Positions 57,665 to 64,000 of a stretch of 64,000 bases of DNA are shown in pieces (within the stretch, counting starts at the first letter, position 1; each line of letters opens with the position of its first letter). This stretch comes from a virus. Below the pieces are notes generated by a model that saw only the letters and a list, made by a program, of their open reading frames with translations, searched no databases and had not been told where the DNA came from. The position numbers and the translations under genes are program-made. The stretch spans positions 1 to 64,000 of IMG/VR virus record IMGVR_UViG_3300033151_000166; one strand, given 5' to 3'.

Positions 57665-59869
57665 TTAAGCCTTTACTATAGGATCTTCAGCTGTTAGTAA
57701 CAGTGAAATTTTAGGTAGATTAAAGCTAGACCCAAGAGGAAAGTTCTTGAACTCTACCAAAGCCATGTTAGGATAGTTATTTAGTTGAGACTCATTGACT
57801 ATCTTACTACTCAAGTAATACTTTAGATCATCTGTGGTTATAGTATCGTTAACGATCGAGTCAGCGTTTGTTAGATTCAATACTTCTTTCTGTATCATAG
57901 TCTCATAACTCTTGTTATCTAGAGAAGGGTCATTAAGATTGATGCTATTTATATCTACCTTCCCTATTCTTATAAGCTCTTGTACAGTGCCTTTCATAGG
58001 TTCGTAACCTTTGAACACATATAGCCCCATATCAGAACCACTGTTCTGATCAATGGTTGGTAGTAACTTAGAGAACATACCACTGTATGAACAAGCATTA
58101 TAGTTATGGTACTTGTTTACAGTTGGGCAGTATGGTTGATCTGGTGTACCTGGGTATACATACATCTCTATGACTGGACTGTACGTTGGCATAACATGTC
58201 TAGTAAAAGTAAATTTAGTACAGCCTTTACTAGACACACCGGTTACTGGGTTACCGTCTTCATCTACTATGCCTGTCAAGTTATAGACCTCATCGTCTAT
58301 TAGTATTTGTTTCAAGTCAGTGATACGAGAAAAACCTATGCTATAGGCTATGTCAGCAAAGTGAAAGACACCTGAGTCTTTGAAGTCTGTACTAAAATCA
58401 ACTGTATTGAGTTTGTCTTCTGAAGCTACTTGAGTAGCCTCAACTATACTAGCTCTATGTCTGGCATCTAGTATCTTAGCAACATCACCCACCTCTGAGA
58501 AATATAAATCTAACTCATGAACTATCAAGTCTTTAGCATCAGAGTCAGCTGGATTATATAAGTTACCTACTCGTTGTAAGATATCTCCACCCGAGTACAT
58601 GACCGTGAACTGTCCAATGATTACAGAAGACGAGTCTATCAAAGCTTCCATAGCTAAGTCTTTATCTGGGTCACTAGATAGAAACTTACCTTGAAGATCA
58701 GTTGTATAGAATGACTCATAAGCAAGTAGTATGTTATAAGTAGCAAGAATAGCGTTAGTTTCATCTAAAATCTGTGGTACACTGCTGTAATTATAAAGCC
58801 TTTGAATTAAAATAAGCATGTTAGATTGCTTATCAAATAATTCCGTAGCGTAGCTAACTCCAATAGTGTTTAGTAACAGTTGGTAGTTCTCTTCAGTATA
58901 GGTAGTTCTAGGTCTAACACCAAAGACTCTTACTAACTCACGCTCAAGAAAACTAATATTGAACAAGTAACTAAAGTCGTACTCAGCTAGGTACTCAGCT
59001 ACAGCTTTAGTAATTTCAAAGTCATAGACAGTGAAATCTGTACTAGAGTCAATGGTACTTATCAAAGGCCAAGTAACATTTACATGCATGTCAGTCTCTA
59101 AAGGTACAAGCTGCAATTGATCTATAAGCCCTTCAGCTATAACAATCATGTTATTCATTATTGTAAAGTAGTCATGAGTAATGGTTAAGTTATCTAACAT
59201 ACCTTGTAACTCTATTAAAGACCGCTCTAGTATCTCATCAGCTTCAAAAGCTTTAGTATCCATCTCTATAGCGTAGTCTGGTAGTAGGTAGTAGTTACCA
59301 AGGTTATTAATAGTACCAGCTATTAAGTCTCCTTGGTTCACTACGATACTCACTGCTTTAGAGTAACCTATAGATAGATTTATAACGTTCTGGAAATGTC
59401 CAGTAAGCCTGCAAAGATCATCTTCACAAGTACTAACATCTACTAGAGGTATACCGTAAAAATCTAGAGCATCATCTTTATCCTCTTCTGGTACAGTCAT
59501 ATCGATCTCTGTAATATTAAGTAGCTCTTCTTCAGGAAGACCAAGATCTTGAAGTCTTGGTAGTGGCAGTCTTGGTTTGGAGAATACATCTAAACATCTA
59601 AATGACACCACGCCAAAAGAATTCTTTTGAAGCTGTCTAGTAACAATGTTAGCTATAGCTAATGGCTGTGCTTTAACATAAGAAGTGCCAGCTATATATG
59701 GTAGTGTTGCTTGAGAGATAGAAATCCCAGCAAAACCTGCTTGTGAATAAGTGTCCTCGTTAAAAGGTAAGAACCTAAGGTTATTAGCTATACAAGTACT
59801 GTAGTCTGTTTGTGAACCAGTACAAAAGTTCTGAGCCCCTACAAAATTCTCTATACGACCTGTACTCAT
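57665..59869 (-). CDS. Putative tail-tip/central fibre protein
   Basis: Synteny after the hub; YPGTPDQ and FKNFPLG...LPKIS patterns reminiscent of GpJ/GTA-type tip proteins. Confidence 0.55.
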   Translation of the reverse strand: MSTGRIENFVGAQNFCTGSQTDYSTCIANNLRFLPFNEDTYSQAGFAGISISQATLPYIAGTSYVKAQPLAIANIVTRQLQKNSFGVVSFRCLDVFSKPRLPLPRLQDLGLPEEELLNITEIDMTVPEEDKDDALDFYGIPLVDVSTCEDDLCRLTGHFQNVINLSIGYSKAVSIVVNQGDLIAGTINNLGNYYLLPDYAIEMDTKAFEADEILERSLIELQGMLDNLTITHDYFTIMNNMIVIAEGLIDQLQLVPLETDMHVNVTWPLISTIDSSTDFTVYDFEITKAVAEYLAEYDFSYLFNISFLERELVRVFGVRPRTTYTEENYQLLLNTIGVSYATELFDKQSNMLILIQRLYNYSSVPQILDETNAILATYNILLAYESFYTTDLQGKFLSSDPDKDLAMEALIDSSSVIIGQFTVMYSGGDILQRVGNLYNPADSDAKDLIVHELDLYFSEVGDVAKILDARHRASIVEATQVASEDKLNTVDFSTDFKDSGVFHFADIAYSIGFSRITDLKQILIDDEVYNLTGIVDEDGNPVTGVSSKGCTKFTFTRHVMPTYSPVIEMYVYPGTPDQPYCPTVNKYHNYNACSYSGMFSKLLPTIDQNSGSDMGLYVFKGYEPMKGTVQELIRIGKVDINSINLNDPSLDNKSYETMIQKEVLNLTNADSIVNDTITTDDLKYYLSSKIVNESQLNNYPNMALVEFKNFPLGSSFNLPKISLLLTAEDPIVKA

Positions 59870-60882
59870 ATTGACACTCCAAATAAATTATCGTCAGTAC
59901 CACAAGTATCTTCTGGTAACTCAGCTTCATGCGACCCACAGTAAGTTAGATCATCAGCTGAGAATATATCTAGAGTAGCTACTTGTTTACCTACGTTAGG
60001 AAAACCCCAAAACCTAGGTGTATTCTGAAAGCGCTTATGGCAGATTCCATAGGTTTTGTCACAAGCTAAGTACATCTCTACAGTGTCTATAACTATATCT
60101 TTGTCTAGGTAGTTCAAGAACAAATAGACTCTGTCATTCTCTACTCTTGTAACTCTAGATCTGTACTTACCATTTAACATTAGTATAGTACCAACCCAAT
60201 TGTCTATGTCATAGAACGCTTTATTAGGTTTAGCAAAGGCATCAACAAGTTCTAAGTTACCATCGTACCAGTTCTCGTTACCATCTATGGGTGTAAAGTT
60301 AATGACCGTATAGCCTGCACCAAAAGGATCTATAAACTCTAGGTTACCATCATGATACTCTAAGTTACCATCTAGTATATCTGCATTAGTACGCTCACCT
60401 ATGTAAAGATTGTCCCCGCTCTTAGCCATCTTGAAGTATCCTGTAAGACAGTGTACTGTAACATCACTAGCTACTATTCTATGTTTCAATGGATCAAGAC
60501 CACAGTTCTTTGAGTAGACCTGATTTTGACAAGTAGTATCAAGCTTGGGAGTCATAGGTTGTGATAGCTTATAATTTAGTACACTAGTTACTTCAAACTT
60601 AACCAAGTCTTTAGCATCACTAGATACTTTAGTAACATAACCATTTAAGAACAACTTATTGTCTAGATAAACTTTAATAGATGTGTCATAGCACAAGTAC
60701 ATAAGTTCTTCTTCTAGAGCATCAATAGCTGCGGTTGTTAAAGAGAAGCTAAGTCTATCTGAGACTATACCTTTCTTTGAAGTCAGACTACGAACTATGA
60801 GTCCCGACATGTACGTTGCGTCTGGGTCTGTTAAGTGATTAGCTATCTTGAAACTATTAGCTACAAGCAGTGTGATTAACAT
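59866..60882 (-). CDS. BR0599/DUF2163-family tail hub protein
   Basis: CQNQVYSKNCGLD and ACDKTYGICHKRFQN..RFWGFPNV Cys motifs. Confidence 0.85.
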   Translation of the reverse strand: MLITLLVANSFKIANHLTDPDATYMSGLIVRSLTSKKGIVSDRLSFSLTTAAIDALEEELMYLCYDTSIKVYLDNKLFLNGYVTKVSSDAKDLVKFEVTSVLNYKLSQPMTPKLDTTCQNQVYSKNCGLDPLKHRIVASDVTVHCLTGYFKMAKSGDNLYIGERTNADILDGNLEYHDGNLEFIDPFGAGYTVINFTPIDGNENWYDGNLELVDAFAKPNKAFYDIDNWVGTILMLNGKYRSRVTRVENDRVYLFLNYLDKDIVIDTVEMYLACDKTYGICHKRFQNTPRFWGFPNVGKQVATLDIFSADDLTYCGSHEAELPEDTCGTDDNLFGVSI

Positions 60883-61456
60883 CTGATACTCCTACAACGT
60901 ACATGTTAGAATACATCAGAGGTTTATAGACTTCCGTAAACTGCAACTTCATTTCGTAGACGGTGTTAGTTTTATGAATCTCTTTTATAGACTCGCCTAG
61001 AAATAAAAGTTTTCTAGGTACAACTGTGTCCGCACGTACAACTACTGGTGTATCAGAAGCTATCTGACTTATTGGTATTCTAACACCTATGTCAAGTAGA
61101 TGATCTGTGCCATCGGTAACATAAGAAACTTCACGGTCCATGAACTGATTGTAGTACTGGTACTCAAAGATATAAGTAATATAGTAAGTGACTGGTCCTA
61201 TAGGATTAACTCGCTTACTGATATTAAAACCAGGTCCCACTGGACTTAAGATGTATAAGTCATTAGGTTCTTGTAAGATTGCCGTTTCTATGGCATTCTT
61301 TAACTCGTCAGATACTAGACCAAAGTTAATAGCCCACTTAGTTAAAGGCAAACCTACTCTAGAATTATGAACAGTGTTATTCACCATTACAGGTTTAAAG
61401 CCTGTAACAATATCTAGACTAAGGTCATCATAAAGATACTTGTGTAAGACAGTCAT
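60857..61456 (-). CDS. Putative distal tail protein
   Basis: Lies immediately after the tape measure gene and before the hub. Confidence 0.6.
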   Translation of the reverse strand: MTVLHKYLYDDLSLDIVTGFKPVMVNNTVHNSRVGLPLTKWAINFGLVSDELKNAIETAILQEPNDLYILSPVGPGFNISKRVNPIGPVTYYITYIFEYQYYNQFMDREVSYVTDGTDHLLDIGVRIPISQIASDTPVVVRADTVVPRKLLFLGESIKEIHKTNTVYEMKLQFTEVYKPLMYSNMYVVGVSDVNHTACS

Positions 61457-64000
61457 TAGCTATACTCCTCAAATACTCTCTTAACACCATCAGCTATCTG
61501 GTCCATGTGAGCTTCTATAGAGTCAATGCCTACACTAGCACTAACTCCTATATTCACGTTAATGCCATCGCGGGCACTAGATGGTAACCCCGTGGTTACA
61601 CTCCCTCCACCTTGAACCTCTTGATTAATACCGGCATTTAAGTTCTCGAACCAAGCAAGTCCCTTATCTCTAACGATTTCTTTTCTTACCACGTACTCAC
61701 CAGCTTCTAGCATGTACTGATACTTATCACCACCACCATACTCACCAGGAGCGACTGCTTGCCCAGCTGAAGCATAACTAGGTAGAGGAGTAATCGGTCC
61801 ACCTTTACTTCTGTATCCTGTATTGGTTGCAGTATACGTTGCTGCTTGAATCGTAGCAACCGCTCTATAAGCAGCTTGTGCTATTTGATTAGCCATGATC
61901 TCCATAGTATTACCAACGTAAGCCATGCTGCCTAGGCTATTGATAGCAGCGTAAGAAGAAATCTGTATGCCTTGTGCCAAGGCTAACATAGCTGGACCAA
62001 TCTGAGCGGCTTCACCAAGACTAACTGTAACTGCTTTGACACTAGTAGTTAATGAACCAGCACCTACTGATAATGACTTAGCAGCTGTTTCAGTCTCTGT
62101 ACCTACTTTGCTCATCTCAAGCATAGCATCACCAAGAAGCGCAACGTTCTGAACTACTGGTGATAGGTCTGCTTTAGTATTGCTTCTAACGATCTCTTCT
62201 ATTGATAGGGTAACAGTTTCTAGTTTAGTTACCATGCCTTTAGTTGCAGTGACTGAGGCGTCAAATGATAGCTTGATAGCCTTGTCTATAGACTTCATTT
62301 GTTTACTAACTGTAGTCTGAGTATCTGTAAAGATCTTAGTAAACTGACCACCAACATCTGTACCTAGTGTCTGTACTGCTTGCTTCATAGCATCACTACT
62401 AAGAGCTGCTGAATACATGGCCGCTACGTTCTCTACAATCAAGTTCTGATTAATCTGTAGTTTAGATAGAGAGTCATTAAGTTGTGTCTCTAAAGCTGCT
62501 TTGTCAATAGCGATCTTAAAGACACCTGCTTCTTTAGCTGCTCTAACATCATCTAACCAAAGGTTTAATCCATCAGTTACAGTCTTAGTTACATTCACTG
62601 CCATGTTATGTAGGTTCTCTTCTAGTTGAACCTTAGCTTGATCAGCTCTAGTATTAGCATCCTCAACTGATCTGGTGATCTGAGTGTTAAGCTTTTGAAC
62701 CGCGTCCTCAGCATGTACTAGAAGACCTTTACCCGCTTCGTCATACTGAACAGCCATAGCTGTTAAGTTCTCTTGATAAGCTTTGTTACTAGCATCTATA
62801 GCATCATTAGTCTTATTGATTAGACTTTCCATAGCTCTGTCAATACTAGTTTCAAGTTTAGCCGTGGCTCTTTCAACACTAGTTTCTAAGGCTTGACCAG
62901 CACGCTCTGCTTTTGTATCAAGATCCTCAAAACCTTGATCTTTGTTTCTGTTGGCCTCATCTATACCACGTATAAAGGCTTTACCAGCATCAATAAAAGA
63001 ATCCTCTAGTTGTTGTTTTAAAGTATCTTTAGAGTCAAGAGCCGCTTGTCTAATGTCTGCAGCTCCATCAAGCATAGCTGTGTTCCAGTCAGTACGAGCA
63101 CGAGCATCATTCTCTATAAGCTTAGCTTCCGATCTCTCAATAGAAGTAGTAGCATTGTTTATAAAGTCTTGTGTCTTAGTAACAAGATCAGCTTGAAGCT
63201 GCTCTATCTTGATAGCAAGCTCTTGTCTAGCGTAATCTCTAGAGTCTTCAGCATCATCTGTCTGTCTGTCTTTACTTAAGTTAAGATCATTGATAGCATT
63301 CTGGATACTAACAGCTAAGTCATAAGCAGCATCTTGAATTCTAATTCTTAAGTCTTGACCTGCATAAGCCATCTGTCTGACTAGATCATCCATAGCATAC
63401 TGCATGTTAAGTTTCAAGTCTTCACTAGCTCTTCTAGTCTTAGTTGCTAAGTCTTCACCAGCTCTTGCTAGCTTGAGTTGTAGATCTTCACCAGCTCTTG
63501 CTACGCCAGTTGCAAGGTCTTCTTGAGAACGTGTAAGACTAAGTATCAAATCCTCGTTAGCTTGTTTGTTACTAAGTACAAGATCTTCCATACCACGATT
63601 GAATGCGGTTGTAATATCTAATGACCCACGTTGTTGAGCTATGAGTAGATCTTCTAGAGCTCTTTGGAAACCTTCATTAGCACTTTCTTGAGAACGTCTT
63701 CTAGCTTCTTCAGCATCCTCCTCAGCTTCTTTGGCTTTGATAGCTGCTTCTTGCAGAGCAAAAGAAAGGTTTGAACTTGCAGTTGCTAGTGCTGACTGTA
63801 GTTGATAACCAGCTTCACGTACTTTGATATCGAACTGAATCATAGTACCTTCAAGATCAAATAGCGCACCTTCCATGCCACCTTGAGCCTCTAGTATAAC
63901 ACCAGCAGTTGTGCTAATTCTAACTTCACCTTGACCAGCACCAGCTAAAGCTGCAGCCAGCTCATCAGAAGATAGACCAGAACCAATAATAGAACTACTA
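61456..64000 (-). CDS. Tape measure protein, 5'-truncated by the window edge
   Basis: Frame stays open from 63876 to the window end; helical 11-residue repeats (RAxEDL); C-terminal GG...GDK...MLEAGEYVVR motif. Confidence 0.9.
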   Translation of the reverse strand, partial: SSSIIGSGLSSDELAAALAGAGQGEVRISTTAGVILEAQGGMEGALFDLEGTMIQFDIKVREAGYQLQSALATASSNLSFALQEAAIKAKEAEEDAEEARRRSQESANEGFQRALEDLLIAQQRGSLDITTAFNRGMEDLVLSNKQANEDLILSLTRSQEDLATGVARAGEDLQLKLARAGEDLATKTRRASEDLKLNMQYAMDDLVRQMAYAGQDLRIRIQDAAYDLAVSIQNAINDLNLSKDRQTDDAEDSRDYARQELAIKIEQLQADLVTKTQDFINNATTSIERSEAKLIENDARARTDWNTAMLDGAADIRQAALDSKDTLKQQLEDSFIDAGKAFIRGIDEANRNKDQGFEDLDTKAERAGQALETSVERATAKLETSIDRAMESLINKTNDAIDASNKAYQENLTAMAVQYDEAGKGLLVHAEDAVQKLNTQITRSVEDANTRADQAKVQLEENLHNMAVNVTKTVTDGLNLWLDDVRAAKEAGVFKIAIDKAALETQLNDSLSKLQINQNLIVENVAAMYSAALSSDAMKQAVQTLGTDVGGQFTKIFTDTQTTVSKQMKSIDKAIKLSFDASVTATKGMVTKLETVTLSIEEIVRSNTKADLSPVVQNVALLGDAMLEMSKVGTETETAAKSLSVGAGSLTTSVKAVTVSLGEAAQIGPAMLALAQGIQISSYAAINSLGSMAYVGNTMEIMANQIAQAAYRAVATIQAATYTATNTGYRSKGGPITPLPSYASAGQAVAPGEYGGGDKYQYMLEAGEYVVRKEIVRDKGLAWFENLNAGINQEVQGGGSVTTGLPSSARDGINVNIGVSASVGIDSIEAHMDQIADGVKRVFEEYS

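Noticed and set aside
1433-63279. Many short antisense or alternate-frame ORFs in the track (e.g. 2528-2821, 15047-15424, 27667-27972, 62942-63196)
   Set aside because: They lie within long motif-bearing genes and lack RBS or recognisable motifs; shadow ORFs.
1-64000. Stop-codon reassignment suggested by TAG-rich sequence
   Set aside because: Genes are full length and densely packed under the standard code, and TAG, TGA and TAA all end genes.
1-64000. tRNA/tmRNA genes, integrase, repressor, lysis cassette, introns or inteins
   Set aside because: No cloverleaf/T-loop signatures or relevant motifs found by eye, and PolA and TerL are uninterrupted. Lysis and tail-tube genes probably lie outside the window.

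Overview
The window is about 64 kb of a larger genome of a tailed dsDNA phage, probably a lytic siphovirus; ORFs run off both ends. The minus strand carries the structural arm in two blocks. The first (1-13395) holds the terminase, portal, prohead protease, decoration protein, major capsid, neck genes and a repeat-scaffold fibre. The second (44172-64000) holds the tape measure, distal tail, BR0599-type hub, tail-tip and multi-lectin fibre genes. The plus strand (13664-44179) carries early small ORFs and a full replication and nucleotide-metabolism set: ATP-dependent ligase, dimeric dUTPase, AEP primase-helicase, SNF2 helicase, sigma factor, dNMP kinase, 5'-3' exonuclease, PolA, a ThyA-fold enzyme, dCMP deaminase, DHFR, RecU and SbcCD. 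Thirteen copies of an extended -10 promoter (CTTGTGnTATAAT) drive this arm. I saw no integrase, tRNA or CRISPR array. Four observations stand out. (1) A ~480-nt hairpin array at 28.2-28.7 kb repeatedly displays anti-start-codon plus anti-Shine-Dalgarno sequences and may be a multi-target antisense RNA. (2) The ThyA homologue carries both substitutions that convert thymidylate synthase into a dCMP methylase, which suggests a 5-methylcytosine pathway. (3) The sigma70 factor appears split, with a region 4.2-like HTH encoded about 9 kb away. (4) Four proteins share a ~22-aa repeat that, together with a small Gp80-like protein, suggests a modular bead-chain fibre system. All calls come from motifs and synteny read by eye; no database searches were run.
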